Virus record (IMG/VR): IMGVR_UViG_3300035520_001075
Coordinates: 64,001-128,000 of that record
DNA: 64,000 bases
Source of the DNA: a virus
Lineage: Duplodnaviria; Caudoviricetes
Direction: 5' to 3' (one strand)
Part shown: positions 10,468 to 22,621 of the stretch, piece by piece
Numbering within the stretch: the stretch's first letter is position 1
How the letters are laid out: every line of letters begins with the position of its first letter
Translations under genes and position numbers: made by a program
The notes under the pieces: generated by a model
The model's input: only the letters and a program-made list of their open reading frames with translations
Databases searched by the model: none
What the model was told of the DNA's origin: nothing

Positions 10468-11742
10468 TTAAAGAATTTCAGAATCTTCTAACCACTCGGC
10501 TGCCTGTGCAGTAAAACTGCGTTCAGTTTTAACAAGATTAACAGCAGCGAAGATTTTTGAATATAATTTTGAAAGTCTTAATTTAAAAAGAGATTTCAAA
10601 CCATTTTTATTCTTAAAAGTTTTCTTATCAATTTGATAGAGGCTTCCATCAAAGAATATACGAGTTCCTTCACCGCATCTTGCTATTAAAAGCTTAATAT
10701 GGGATTCTGTTAAATTTTGAGCTTCATTTACAATAATAATACTATTATTAAAACTTCTTCCTCTCATATATCCTATTGGACATATTTCCAATTTTTCATC
10801 TTGAATTAATTTTGAGACATAATCAATTCCAATTAAATCTGTTAGTGTTCCAAACATTGGAGCTAATTTATCTAAAGCTTCTCCAGGCAGAGCACCTATA
10901 TCCATAGAGTCTTCTGTATAAGAGTTGTTAGGTACGTAGACTATTTTCTGGATATTTTCTTTTTCTAATTCTTGGAGGGCATAATTGTTTAGGATAAAGG
11001 ACTTTCCTCGTCCTTGCTTGCCGCCAGCACAGATAATTGAAATTTCTTTATTATTTAAAGCTTCAAATAAACACATCTGTTCCGTATTTCTTGGAACAAT
11101 ACAATTAATCCATTGATTCTTGATTTTAAGATTATCAACATAATGAAGTTTCTTATTTCGATAGACGAAAGTTGCCATTACTTCATAATCTTCAATTCCA
11201 TATTTATCCTTAATAACAGAATTCTTATTTTTAACAATTAAATATTGATTTTCAAACAGCTCTATATCCTCAGGCTTTTCTCCTGTTTGAAGAATATTAT
11301 CCAATATTTCATTATAACCATTCTCATCAAATTCCAGAATTAAGTATTCAATTCCAGTATAATTTTCCTTAATACTATATCCCTTAGTACTAATTCCATG
11401 AATAATAGCTTTAACCTTTAAGTAAACATCGTTAGTAAGTAAAATCCCATTAACTTTTTCTGTTATTTTAAGTAGCTGGTCATCAACTGGAATTTTCTGC
11501 CAATCTTCATTCTCACATTCATAGAACCAAGTTAAATTATCCAAATTATTTGAAATATAAACTGCTGCTTTTCTTGCGGCCGCCGCCGTCTCAGGATTAA
11601 TATTCTTTTTAAGTCCATCTAATTCCCTTAATACGCTTGTTGCAATTATCAATTTATTATCTGTCTTCTCAACTATTTGTGGATATTCTAAAAGTACACA
11701 AGTATCTATTACATAATTCTCAGCATTTTCGTAAGTTTCTAT
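10468..11742 (-). CDS. phoH: PIN-PhoH ATPase (probable non-ATG start at 11742)
   Basis: GKQGRGKS, YMRGRSF, NEAQNLT, RCGEGTR. The frame extends upstream through the PIN motif YVIDTCVLL. Confidence 0.85.
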   Translation of the reverse strand: METYENAENYVIDTCVLLEYPQIVEKTDNKLIIATSVLRELDGLKKNINPETAAAARKAAVYISNNLDNLTWFYECENEDWQKIPVDDQLLKITEKVNGILLTNDVYLKVKAIIHGISTKGYSIKENYTGIEYLILEFDENGYNEILDNILQTGEKPEDIELFENQYLIVKNKNSVIKDKYGIEDYEVMATFVYRNKKLHYVDNLKIKNQWINCIVPRNTEQMCLFEALNNKEISIICAGGKQGRGKSFILNNYALQELEKENIQKIVYVPNNSYTEDSMDIGALPGEALDKLAPMFGTLTDLIGIDYVSKLIQDEKLEICPIGYMRGRSFNNSIIIVNEAQNLTESHIKLLIARCGEGTRIFFDGSLYQIDKKTFKNKNGLKSLFKLRLSKLYSKIFAAVNLVKTERSFTAQAAEWLEDSEIL

Positions 11743-11795
11743 TTTAATTCCCTCCTTAAATAAAAAAAGAGATAGGATTGCTCCTATCTCCTTAA

Positions 11796-13013
11796 TTAGA
11801 ATAATTCCTTTATCAAGATAAGAGTTTCTTTTAGCTTGTCAATATCTTCTGGCTTAATTTCTGAAAACTTTGTTGGTTTTCCAAAAACTTCTGCTAAAAT
11901 TCTCTGAGCCTCCTCTATCTTTTCATTTACAACAGCTTTATTCCATAATTCTTTTGCTTCTGTCATTAATTCGTCAAAATCCTGAACTAAATATGGATTT
12001 TTATCTTCTGAACTTTCACCGCCGCTATGAGCAACTTCTTCATCAATTGCGTCATGAATAGCATTAACAAAAGCATCATAATCCAATTCAATTTTTGGTG
12101 CTATATATTTAAAACGAGATTTACAAAGGAAACGCTCATCTCCCCTAAAGAACATATAACGTTTTCTTTCAATCTTATCTCCAATTTCAGTTGAGATTTC
12201 TCTTATATAACCAATTATATCAACCATTTTATTAATTAAATTAAATGGTCGATTCGGAAGAGCAGGAATTATTTTTGAGTATTCCTGACCTTTATCATCA
12301 GTGTAGGTTTTTTCTGTTTCATGAGAAATAAATACTATACCATAACCAGCATAAGTTAAATCTCTAAAAGGAGTTATGAAATTATCATCAAGCATCTTAT
12401 ATCCACCGCCATATGCCGCAATATCTCGTACTTGCTCAACTCCTGCTTGAGAACAAGTCCATTTCTCACAAAGCTTAAAAGCTTCATCAACAGTATCAAT
12501 AACTAATACGTTGAATTTTTCCTGCAATTCTGGCTTTTTAATTAACTGAGAAGCCATCTGTCGCCAATCCTGCCATGTTTTAACTGGCTGGACATAGATA
12601 TTATTTAAGGCGTTTGTCCTTTCTACCGTTCCTTTCGGAATACTTTAACACCCCTTAAGGGTCGGAGTAGACTATATCTTCTTCATTTTATTAATGAAGC
12701 GTAATATTTCAAAATAATTAATATTTTTACTTCCTAATGGAATAGTCGTTGAACCTTTCACTGGTTAAGTGATTTGGCTGCTGATTACCATATTAATTAA
12801 TTTAGGCTTTCCAGCAATTAATTACGTTATTCAATATATATTACTATATAAGGGAGCTACCAATTAACCCTGCTCGAATCCGCATATAAGTGCTTTGTCG
12901 AACTTCGATGCGAATGTTGTTTTTCCGCATCCAGGCTGTCCATAAATAAGAGAAAACTTCCCTCTTAAATCTCTACTAATTTTCTGTGGCTCTAAATTAA
13001 GTAAATCTATCAT
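11796..13013 (-). CDS. Phage AAA NTP-binding protein (AAA_24/Sak4-like), spliced: join(13013-12867, 12617-11796), about 322 aa
   Basis: Exon 1 has Walker A GQPGCGKT; junction FEQG|TNAL; exon 2 has Walker B LVIDT; next to SSB. Confidence 0.82.
12618..12866 (-). mobile_element. Group I intron in AAA ATPase gene (249 nt, no ORF)
   Basis: GGU|UAA...G boundaries; GUUCAACGACUA and AAGAUAUAGUC; frame restored. Confidence 0.9.
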
Positions 13014-13063
13014 TTAATAATCCTCCTAAAAACAAAAAATCTAAAAGTAAAACTTAGGATTAA

Positions 13064-13954
13064 TTAAAATCCTAAGTCTCTTTTGACTGATTTGCTCTGA
13101 GGCTTACTTGAAGTCTTACTCTTTGCAATAAGCTCTTCATTACGAGCAGAACGTTCGCTAAGTACCTGCTTAACTGAATCTGCATCATATGAAAGAGATT
13201 CTTCAAGACCGCAAGGTGAACCGCCTGTGATAAGAAGTTCCTTTCTTGACTCTGTTCTTGAACGAGTGATTGGTTCTCCAAATCCCTGCTCTTCTGTCCA
13301 AGTGACGATTTTCTTGGTCACGTTAATTCTGCCAGTGACCTGAACTGTATCACCAACGTTCCAGTTAGTTTCAATGTAATCTCTCTTAGAACCATCAGCT
13401 ATCAAATCAATACGATTTGCCTTGCCGTTATAACCAATAACGATAAACTGAACAATTGCTCTACCTGTTTCCTCGCCTTCTCTATTATATTCTGGAATTA
13501 TTTTTCCAACTACTCCAGAGAAAATGAACTTCGCAGCCTCTTCATCTGAATCTCTTTTGTTGTTAATAAAGTTAGAAGTAAGCTGCCATGTAGAAACAAG
13601 CTGTCCATCCTTTGAAACAAAAGGATTCTCTTCAATCTTGGCGGAAACCGTTACCCTCGATGCCTGACTTTCGTCATCAGCGGCCGCCAGAGAAGTAAGT
13701 CTATCCTTATAACTTGCAATTATATCATAGATTTTATTATCTGAACCATCTTTCTTAGTTCTCATTGAAAACATTTTAATAGGAACAATATCTTCTGTCA
13801 TCTGACCATTTATTTCCTGATCAATTTTAACATTTGCTGTTCCTCTTATCCATTTTCTGCCGTCTTTTGTAATTCCTTCTACTATATCAAGTTCATTCAA
13901 AATACCGCTTACATATACTTCATTTTTACTTTCTACTTTTCTAATATCTAACAT
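13064..13954 (-). CDS. Probable single-stranded DNA-binding protein (two OB-fold-like halves)
   Basis: NEVYVSG and GDTVQVTGRI segments; DLGF C-terminus; replication context. Confidence 0.6.
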   Translation of the reverse strand: MLDIRKVESKNEVYVSGILNELDIVEGITKDGRKWIRGTANVKIDQEINGQMTEDIVPIKMFSMRTKKDGSDNKIYDIIASYKDRLTSLAAADDESQASRVTVSAKIEENPFVSKDGQLVSTWQLTSNFINNKRDSDEEAAKFIFSGVVGKIIPEYNREGEETGRAIVQFIVIGYNGKANRIDLIADGSKRDYIETNWNVGDTVQVTGRINVTKKIVTWTEEQGFGEPITRSRTESRKELLITGGSPCGLEESLSYDADSVKQVLSERSARNEELIAKSKTSSKPQSKSVKRDLGF

Positions 13955-14039
13955 AAATTAATTTCCTCCGACTTTTCTTTTAATTTTAATTTTAATTAAT
14001 AGTAGAAGAGAGGGTTAATCCCTCTCTAAATTAGTTTAA

Positions 14040-14309
14040 TTACTCAGCATCTTCTGGATTGTAAGATACTCCTGCTTCGTTAAGTGCAAAATATTTAACT
14101 TCCTTAATCTTACCATTTTCATCTTCAACAGATTCTACGAATCTTTCAATAAGACCTTTCTTTTCAAAACCTCTTACTGAACCTACGACTGCACCAGCCT
14201 TTTCAAAACCAAGTGCTGTCTGAACATCCTTAACTGTGAACTTTACTCCTGCACCTGCTGCCTGTAAGTAATTTAAAACCTTTGCTGAATTTTCTGTAAT
14301 TTTTGCCAT
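14040..14309 (-). CDS. Small winged-helix-like DNA-binding protein
   Basis: KVLNYL...VRGFEKKGLIER pattern. Confidence 0.45.
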   Translation of the reverse strand: MAKITENSAKVLNYLQAAGAGVKFTVKDVQTALGFEKAGAVVGSVRGFEKKGLIERFVESVEDENGKIKEVKYFALNEAGVSYNPEDAE

Positions 14310-14533
14310 AATAACAATCACTCCTTTAAAAAATTAATTAATTTAAAATATTTTTTTATAAATAAAAACTAATAACAGGTGTGATGAGATTTCATCAATT
14401 TTGCTATTGTTTTATTTTCTATTAATATTATATCATAAATTATTGATAAAGTCAAATAGTTTACTTTTGTTAATTTTTAATAAAATCTGGAAATTAGCTT
14501 TATCTCATTTACTATAATAATTATAACATAATT

Positions 14534-14929
14534 TTATTCTAAAGTCAAGTCTTTTGGTATTTCAGACATTAACTTTTCTGTGATATCCTCAATTTCCTCG
14601 CAAGCTTTAGTTATTTGTTCTACTTGTTTCTGCATTTCGAGTTTGCTATAATAGAACACAATACCAATTCTTGCAATTTCAGCGAGAGATAAATTAAAGT
14701 CATCTGATAAGATTTTCTGTCTAACAATTTCAAATCCAGTTGCTTTTTCTCGAAGGTCGAGAAGGTAAGTTTCAAGTTTTTCATCTCGTTTTAATCCTTC
14801 TTTTAATTTATTATCCTTATCAAAGAAAGTATCTGTCATATTATAAATTTTATCAAGATATCTATTAAAAGCGGCAACAGCCGCATCTTTATTTTCTTTA
14901 ATTAAAGATATTTTTTCTTCTACCGTCAT
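14534..14929 (-). CDS. Hypothetical protein
   Basis: ORF directly downstream of gyrA. Confidence 0.6.
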   Translation of the reverse strand: MTVEEKISLIKENKDAAVAAFNRYLDKIYNMTDTFFDKDNKLKEGLKRDEKLETYLLDLREKATGFEIVRQKILSDDFNLSLAEIARIGIVFYYSKLEMQKQVEQITKACEEIEDITEKLMSEIPKDLTLE

Positions 14930-14939
14930 AAAATAATGT

Positions 14940-17900
14940 TCACTCCTTTATTAAATCAATAGCAAAATCTCCCTCACCTAAATCAATACCCTTAACTCCA
15001 ACGGCTGTTCTTGATAAAGGTCTTAATTCAGAAGTTGAAAATTTAATGCATTTCTTATTTACTATAATAATTATATCACAATCTGTTGAAATAGCCAAGC
15101 ACTTTATTATTTTATCATTGTCTTTTACATCAGATATTCGCTTACCTTTAATTCCTCGATTACAAGTTGGAAAATCATTAAGACTTGCTTTTTTAATTAT
15201 TCCTTCTTTTGAGAGGGTTATTAGATATTTGTCTGTTTCTTCAACTAAATGAGCATCAATTATAAAATCGTTCGTAGCCAAATTCATTGCTTTTACACCA
15301 GCGGCCACTCTGCCAATAGCATTAATTTCTGTTGAGTTAATTATTATATAGTTGCCATTATTAGATAATATTCCCATTCGTTCGTTATCTAAAAATAGAA
15401 CTTTTACAACTTCATCATCTTCTTTGAGATTAATTGCTTTGATAGACTTTCCTCTACGAATATTATATTCTTTCGCCTCGGTTTTCTTTATTAAGCCTTT
15501 TTTAGTTAGGAATACATAATATTTCTTAGAGTCTTTCTTATTAAATGATGTAATTGCAGTTGGGCGTTCATCACCATTAAAGTCAAATAATTGATTTATA
15601 TTAATTCTACCATTAATTGGCAAATCGTCTATTGAAAGATGATACATTTGACCTTTATTGGAGAATACTAATAGAGAATTAAAGTTGTCATCTCTAATTG
15701 TTTTAATAATTGCTTCATTATTAGCTAACTTAATTTTCTTACCTGAGCCGCCACGTTTTGAAGTTAAAAGAGTTGTAGTTTCTTGGGTGTAGATATTACC
15801 AAGATTTGTATAGTGGATTAAGAGCTCTTTCTTTTCAATTGGTTCTGCATCTTCTTCTTCGGAAGTAAAGTCGAGATTTATGCATTTGGTTTTTCTTTCA
15901 TCTCCATATTTATTTTTAATTCTTAAAATTTCGTCTATAACAATTTTTTTAAATTTATTCTCATTTGTAAGAATAATATTAATATCATTAATATTATTAT
16001 TCAATTCAGCTCTTTCATCAATTAATTTTTGTAATTCTAAATTAGCAAGTCTTGAAAGTTTTAAATTTAAAATTGCTTGACTTTGCTCTTCTGATAAATT
16101 AAAATTTTCTTGTAATTTTATTTTTGCAAGAGATGTTGAAGGGGATGACTTAATAATTTTAACTACTTCCTCAATATTCTGAATAGCGATAATCAATCCA
16201 TCTACAATATGAAGTCTTTGTTTTAATTTCTTTAAGTCAAATTCATATGATTTTCTAAGGACGTTGCAAAGATGTTCCAAGTATGTTTCCATCATTTCTT
16301 TCCATGTAAAACACTTAGGATATTTCCCATCCGCGAGCATATTCATATTGATTCCATAGCTACCCTGTAGTAAAGTGTGCTTATATAATAATTTAGTAAT
16401 TCTGTTTACATTAGCGTTCTTTGATAATTTTATAACTATTTTTACTCCGTCAAGGTCTGTTCCGTCAAATACGCTTTCAATACCATAAATTTTCCCTTCA
16501 TCTATTGCATTCTGTATAGAAACTGTAGCATTAGAAGAAAATACCATATAAGGAAGATTGGTTGCTATTAATTCATTTGCATCTTCATCATATACCATAT
16601 CTGCTCTAATAATAGCAGCCTTTCCAGTTCCTCTTTTATGACTTTCTTTAACTTCTTCGGAATTAATTATAGTTCCTCCTGTCGGAAAATCAATTGGACA
16701 GTAAATTTCATCAAAATCAATCTCAGGATTATTTAATAATTTTATTAAAGCATCTGAAACCTCATTTAAATTATGAGAAGGAATAGAAGAAGCTAAACTT
16801 ACTCCAATTCCAAAGTTTCCATTCACTAAACTATTTGGAAAAGTTGTTGGGAAATAAGTTGGATATTCTTCTTCTTCCGTATAATTAAGTTTCCATTTAT
16901 CAATAGTTTCCTTTTGTAGCAAATTCGTCATTTCATCTGCAATTTCGCCGCTTCTCATCTCAAGATATCTATCTGCTGCATAATCATTGTTGTGCATTAA
17001 ACTGCCATTATTTCCATGAGTATCAATTAAAGGATAACGCAAAGAAAAGTCTTGACTCATTCTTACAGCATTTCCATAAATACTTGCATCCATATTATTC
17101 CCACATTTCTGTAGGTATCGACTATATCTTATCTATAAAATAGAAATACCCATTTCAGAGAAAATAGTTCTCTTACTCCTTCGTTCCAAGGATAGTCTGT
17201 ACAGGTTTTAATTTATTTCTTTATAGGTTTTTCTTGTTAGCATTTGCCTAAAAGCACTATAAGAGCATTGTATATTATATTTATCATAAAGTATTTTTGA
17301 CTGATGTCCATTATTGTTATACTCTTCTCGATACTGCTTGACTTCATCATCTGAGAATATTCTTCTAGCCCCTTTTTGCTTAAAAACTCTAATTGGATAG
17401 GACATATTCTCGTGCTTATAAGTAATACCATGATTAATTTCAGAAATAGCATTAAAGCAAATATTATATCTTTTAGCTATCTCTCTATCACTTAAAATAT
17501 TTTCTTTTAATAATTTATATATTTCTAATACTTGCTCTTCTGATAACTTTGCCCGAGAAGCTTTTTCTCCTCTGGCAACTTTGCAAACTTTTTTCACCGT
17601 ATTATATAACAAATTTTTATCATATTTATTAATTTCCTCTTGCTCTTTTTCTTCCAGTTCAGAAAGTTTACATTCACAGAGAATTTCAAAAGTAAAATTA
17701 TCAATACCAAAAGTATACATATCATTATATAATTTATTAATTCTTTTATCATTATAAGTTTTACCAAATCTAAAATGATATTCTTTTCTATCTTCTATAT
17801 GAGAAGAGCTTCCTATGTAAACCATATTATTTAAAAGATTAGTTATTTTATAAATTCCAACCATTTTTTCACCTCCTTTATTTTAGTACAAAAAAGAAAT

Positions 17901-18235
17901 AAATTAATTCCCACGGGATTAGCATAGAAACCCTTAGCTTTCCCCGTTAGCTTTTACACCCTCATTACTGAGAAAAGGTATAACAGGCAATATTATTTAC
18001 CATGTGGACTGAACATCATTGCTGCTGATTTTGTAGCTGTGGCTTTTCTTCTTTTGTTCTTAAAAGTATTCTTATTTTTATACTGAGCGTATAAAATAAA
18101 ACGTGCTCCTGTTTTTAATCCATCTCTTGCATCTGGTAATGCTCTTGTTTGAATTACATACGATGCATAAGGAACATAAAAATTAGGAAGAGCATCAGAT
18201 ACTTCTAATTCTCCATCTATAACAATTTCTCTCAT
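14940..18235 (-). CDS. gyrA: Type IIA topoisomerase subunit A (gyrase A-like), spliced: join(18235-17999, 17090-14940), about 795 aa
   Basis: RALPDARDGLK; SPHG|DASIY junction; AADRY catalytic Tyr; C-terminal pinwheel repeats. Confidence 0.93.
17091..17998 (-). mobile_element. Group I intron in gyrA (908 nt) carrying a homing endonuclease
   Basis: GGU|...G boundaries; GUACAGACUA and AAGAUAUAGUC elements; internal ORF. Confidence 0.9.
17208..17864 (-). CDS. Intron-encoded GIY-YIG homing endonuclease
   Basis: GIYKITN...VYIGSS; located inside the gyrA intron. Confidence 0.88.
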   Translation of the reverse strand: MVGIYKITNLLNNMVYIGSSSHIEDRKEYHFRFGKTYNDKRINKLYNDMYTFGIDNFTFEILCECKLSELEEKEQEEINKYDKNLLYNTVKKVCKVARGEKASRAKLSEEQVLEIYKLLKENILSDREIAKRYNICFNAISEINHGITYKHENMSYPIRVFKQKGARRIFSDDEVKQYREEYNNNGHQSKILYDKYNIQCSYSAFRQMLTRKTYKEIN

Positions 18236-18297
18236 ATAATCACTCCTTTTTTTTACTATATATTTATTATATCATAATTATAACAAAAAGTCAAATA

Positions 18298-20393
18298 TTA
18301 ATCAAGGGCATCAAAGTCTGCATTTTTACTAATATATTTTTTACGTTCTTCAATATTTTCTCCGAGCAATACATCAAAATAATAATTTGCTTTTTCCGCA
18401 TCTTCAAAACTAAAAGGAATATATCTGCCTTTTTCTGAGAAAAGTGTATTCTTAAAATCTTCTGGTTCAAGCTCACCAATTCCTTTTGCTCTTAAAATAT
18501 CACCATCTGGCAATGATTCAAGTTCTTTTTCTGTATACGCATAATAAATTTTATTCTGCTTAGTGGTGACTTTAAACAATGGTGTTTGTCCCCAAAATAT
18601 CTTTTTTTGTCTTAATAATTCTGGATAATATTTATACATAAAAGCCAGTAGCAAACACATGATTGAGTAACCATCTTCGTCTGCGTCGCATACAAAGACA
18701 ATTCTTCCATATCTCATTTTTTTCATATTAAAATTATGATTAAAGCCTGCTCCAATAGCAGTATGAAGATTTTTTAAAACTTCATTTGAGAATTGCTCAT
18801 CTTCTGTACTTTTTAATACATTAAGGATTTTACCAGTTAATGGAAAGGCGGCTGTATAATCACTATTTCTTGATTTTACTATGCCTCCAAGGGCTGACAA
18901 TCCCTCCACTACGATTAGTTGAGATTTTTCATCATGATATCTACAGTCAGCAAGTTTACCAGCTAAAACAGTCTTCTTTCTTAATTCTTTACTGATTTCA
19001 CTATCTTGCTTTAAAGCATTTTCTCTTGCTCTATCCGCTGCTTTTTCAGCCTTCTCAAATCTACTCATCATCTCAATAATATTACTACATTCTGGAATTC
19101 TTGAAAATTCTTCTAAGCCCTCTTTTAGAGCTTTAGTCGTTAGAGTTCCTAAAGAAGGATTTAAAATATTATTTTTTGTTTGATTAGAAAATGAAGGCTC
19201 TCTAACCTTACAATTAATAGCATAAACCAATCCTCGTCTTATTGATTCTGGAGAAAAAGATTGATTACTAATTTTCTTAATTGAATTTGTAAAAGTTCTT
19301 TTTGCCGCAGTTATAGGAGAGCCGCCAGAGCAACAATAGAGTCCATTTGCAAAAACATAACTATTTTCTGTTCCACCTGTCCAAAGAAAAGCAACTTCTA
19401 CTTCATCAATTCCATCAGTAGCGGAACAAATAATTGGCTTTTTCATTAAAGGCTTCTTTGCAATATCTACTATGAAATCTGCAATTCCATGTTCTGAATA
19501 GAATTCTTTTTTCTTTATTTCTTTATTATTATCATCAACTGCAGTAATATTAAAATAAATACCTTTATTGAGATAAGCAATGTTCTTAATTTCATCACAA
19601 ATTCTATCAAAAGAAAAATTCTCTGTGGTATTAATAAAGACTTCACTATCTGGTTTAAAAGTAATTGTAGTACCAGTTGGAAGAGTTGTTGACTCTTCTT
19701 TATATTCCATTAGTATACCTTGTTTAAATTTTGCTGTCGCCGCCGTCCCATCTCGTCTACTTTGAACAGTAAACTCATAAGAAGACATACAAACAGCTGT
19801 TCCTCCAATCTTACTATTCAGCAATACTCATTAATTTATTGCTCGTTAATAACCGCTTATAGTTTCCTATAAGAATAGACTATATCTTCTGTGGATTCTT
19901 TTTCGAGTTATTTAACTCTACTCTACTTTGATATTATTGATATCATTTCGATAGTCGTTGAACATTCCCCAACTTGTTATTACAGGGGCTTTGCTGCTGA
20001 TTCTCTTTTAAGAGTTCCAGCAATTAAAAATCTTTTATAACGGCTATGGTATTAACCGTTTAAACCACTACTATTTTTATAAGAATTTTTATCAAATTTA
20101 CCGCCAGTATGGGCTTCTGTAAAAATAGCAACAAGAGTATTATGTCCATTTTCGCAAGAGAATGGAATTCCACGTCCTTCATCTGTTATGCTAACATATC
20201 CGCTATTTTCATTAATCTGGATATCAATTTTATTTCCATATCCAGCCAAAGCTTCATCAGTAGAGTTATTAATAATTTCTTTTAAAGCTTGATACATTCC
20301 TTCTAAATCTGCACTGCCTAAATACATAGGAATCTTTTCTCGCATTGCTTCACGAGTATCAAGATGTCTAATACTATCTGCATTATAACTCAA
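18298..20393 (-). CDS. gyrB: Type IIA topoisomerase subunit B (gyrase B-like), spliced: join(20393-20055, 19809-18298), about 616 aa
   Basis: EIINNSTDE, DEGRGIP, HTGGKF, GLNG|IGG junction, VEGLSA, PLTGKILN, DADEDG. Confidence 0.93.
19810..20054 (-). mobile_element. Group I intron in gyrB (245 nt, no ORF)
   Basis: GGU|UAA...G boundaries; GUUCAACGACUA and AAGAUAUAGUC; frame restored. Confidence 0.9.
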
Positions 20394-20474
20394 TTAACTT
20401 CACTCCTTTTTTATTTTCTATTATAATTATATCACAATCTAAATAAAAAGTCAAGATTTTTAATCTTGACCATT

Positions 20475-21002
20475 TTAATCTTCTATTAATTCTTTAAAAA
20501 TTAAATCTTTAGGTAAAAAATCTTTACAAACATAAATACTTGCAAAACTAATTCCTTTTAAAACCTCTTTAGTTTCCCAATCGTTAAAAAAGTTAATTCT
20601 TTTATCAAAAATTAGTGCTTGACAGCCTTCTAAATATTTAAACCTTTTTCTCCCTTGTAATGAAGAAAGCGGCAATAAAATAGCGAAAGGCTTATTTAAT
20701 TCATATAATCTTCTAAGCACTTCATCTTTTAGAGAAAACGGAGCATTAGAGATAATACAGTCATATTCCTCCTCGGGCTCATATTTAAAGAAATCTTGTC
20801 CATTATCAATATGAGAATTAATAACCTTAAATCCTTTTGCCCTTAAAAGTTGAACATACTCACTTTGCTCCATATCAAAAGGACACCAAATTACAGAATT
20901 GGGCTTAATATATTCTATAATTGGTTTAACCGCATATGCAGGAGTATATTGTTCATCAGATTCTTTGGTTCTTTCTCTTTTTATATAACCCACATTAGCC
21001 AT
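20475..21002 (-). CDS. Small adenine DNA methyltransferase-like protein
   Basis: DEQYTP, IWCPFD, DFF, ISNAPFS (NPPF variant). Confidence 0.7.
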   Translation of the reverse strand: MANVGYIKRERTKESDEQYTPAYAVKPIIEYIKPNSVIWCPFDMEQSEYVQLLRAKGFKVINSHIDNGQDFFKYEPEEEYDCIISNAPFSLKDEVLRRLYELNKPFAILLPLSSLQGRKRFKYLEGCQALIFDKRINFFNDWETKEVLKGISFASIYVCKDFLPKDLIFKELIED

Positions 21003-21556
21003 TAATCTTCTCCTTTCTCCTTGAAATACTCATCACTTATGAAATACTCATCACTTATATTAAAATAGCCAATTACATCTCTACTTTCATTTATTATAGG
21101 GTGAATGGCTTTCTGATTAGTGCTGCCTCGATAGTCTAATCCTTTAGTCGGCTTTGTTTTATCATATCTACCCTCAATTAATATACTTATAATTGATAAC
21201 AAATGCATATATTTTTCTTTACCCCAAATTTCTTTTAAAGTATATCCAGTATAAACAATTATAGTAATGCCAGGAACATTCTTATAAATCTGTCTACATA
21301 ATTTAATAGTATCGTCTATATTTTTTGGATGCAAGGGGTCGCCGCCGCTTAGTACAAAATTTTTAATATGAGTGTTTTTTAAAGATTCAATAATTTCTTG
21401 GATTTTATCTTGTGTTAATTCTTTCCCACTATCAAAACTCCAAGTTTCCTTATTAAAACAATCTTCACAATGATGCTCACAACCGCTAATCCAAAGAACT
21501 GTTGATAGTCCTCTGGCATTTGCAGTATCAAAATAATTAATTTTTTGATAGTTCAT
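21002..21556 (-). CDS. nrdG: Anaerobic ribonucleotide reductase activase (radical SAM)
   Basis: GCEHHCEDCFN, LSGGDPL, YTGY, RGSTNQ. Confidence 0.92.
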   Translation of the reverse strand: MNYQKINYFDTANARGLSTVLWISGCEHHCEDCFNKETWSFDSGKELTQDKIQEIIESLKNTHIKNFVLSGGDPLHPKNIDDTIKLCRQIYKNVPGITIIVYTGYTLKEIWGKEKYMHLLSIISILIEGRYDKTKPTKGLDYRGSTNQKAIHPIINESRDVIGYFNISDEYFISDEYFKEKGED

Positions 21557-21986
21557 TCTTATTCACCTTTAATTTCTTATTTCTTTCATAAATGTTTTCA
21601 TTGTTTTCCGCCCATAAAATATCTCTTTTATCTGGATAAAGACGTGCATCATCATCAAATAAAGTTCTCCATCTATCATCAAGAAAATATTCTAGCTGAT
21701 AGATTTTTCTTTTTAAAATGTAGATTTTATTTGGGTCAGTTTCTTCTTCTAAACAACGATTATAATACTCATAATCTCTTTCAATAATTGCTGGTAGATT
21801 TTTATCAAATACCTTGTGATTTTTTGCTAAGTACTTGGAATCCTTTAATATCTTGTTCCAAAATTTTACACCAAATGGACTATCATAATCATGAATTCGC
21901 TGGTTTTCCTTTACCAAATTTTTAATTACGTTCTTACGAACACGCTTAACTGGCTTCTTCGGGCCTTTCTTTTTCTGCTGTTCCAT
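21537..21986 (-). CDS. Hypothetical basic protein
   Basis: ORF with GGAGG RBS. Confidence 0.6.
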   Translation of the reverse strand: MEQQKKKGPKKPVKRVRKNVIKNLVKENQRIHDYDSPFGVKFWNKILKDSKYLAKNHKVFDKNLPAIIERDYEYYNRCLEEETDPNKIYILKRKIYQLEYFLDDRWRTLFDDDARLYPDKRDILWAENNENIYERNKKLKVNKNELSKN

Positions 21987-22202
21987 TTTAATTTCCTCCT
22001 TAGTTTTTATTTTATTATATCATATTTTAAATAAAAAATTAAGTTATTTTATTATATTCCTCTTTATAATTTTTTAATTTATTAAAAACTCTACTTTTGT
22101 CTGTCTTTATGAATTGTGATATACGTAGGACTAACATTCCTTAAATCTTTTTTTTAAAAATTAAGTAAAAGATATATAATCTTTTACTATCTTTTTTATT
22201 GA

Positions 22203-22553
22203 TTAAAATAAAAGATTATTAAAAAAAAGAAATAAATGTGCTGTATTTTTCATTGTAATTTCAAATATTTCTCCTTCAGAACCTATGCCAGTTTGAAGAA
22301 GAATAGAATAGTCTGGCTTGCTTTTATCAAATCCTAAATTTGACTCATAAAAAATTTTATTCAAATAAGGAACTATACTTTTTTTACTATAATCCTCTCT
22401 TTCTTCTTGCGATGTAAAATAATCAGAATATTTTACTGGAGAAAAAGTTAAATAATATCCCAAAAATTCTATTAGTTCCTTTCTCTTTTGTTCATTTTCC
22501 TCTTCAAGAATATCATTAAATATCCTATCAAATTCAAAATAATTATACAACAA
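22203..22553 (-). CDS. Hypothetical protein
   Basis: ORF with RBS downstream of a promoter. Confidence 0.55.
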   Translation of the reverse strand: MLYNYFEFDRIFNDILEEENEQKRKELIEFLGYYLTFSPVKYSDYFTSQEEREDYSKKSIVPYLNKIFYESNLGFDKSKPDYSILLQTGIGSEGEIFEITMKNTAHLFLFFNNLLF

Positions 22554-22621
22554 TTCAGTTTCCTCCTTAGTTTTTATTATACTAATATTATATCATAACT
22601 TTAATAAAAAGTCAAATATTA

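Noticed and set aside
14940-20393. Bacterial chromosome origin suggested by gyrAB, dnaE and recJ
   Set aside because: Gene order, tail and lysis genes, intron load, TAG recoding and repeated consensus promoters indicate a large phage.
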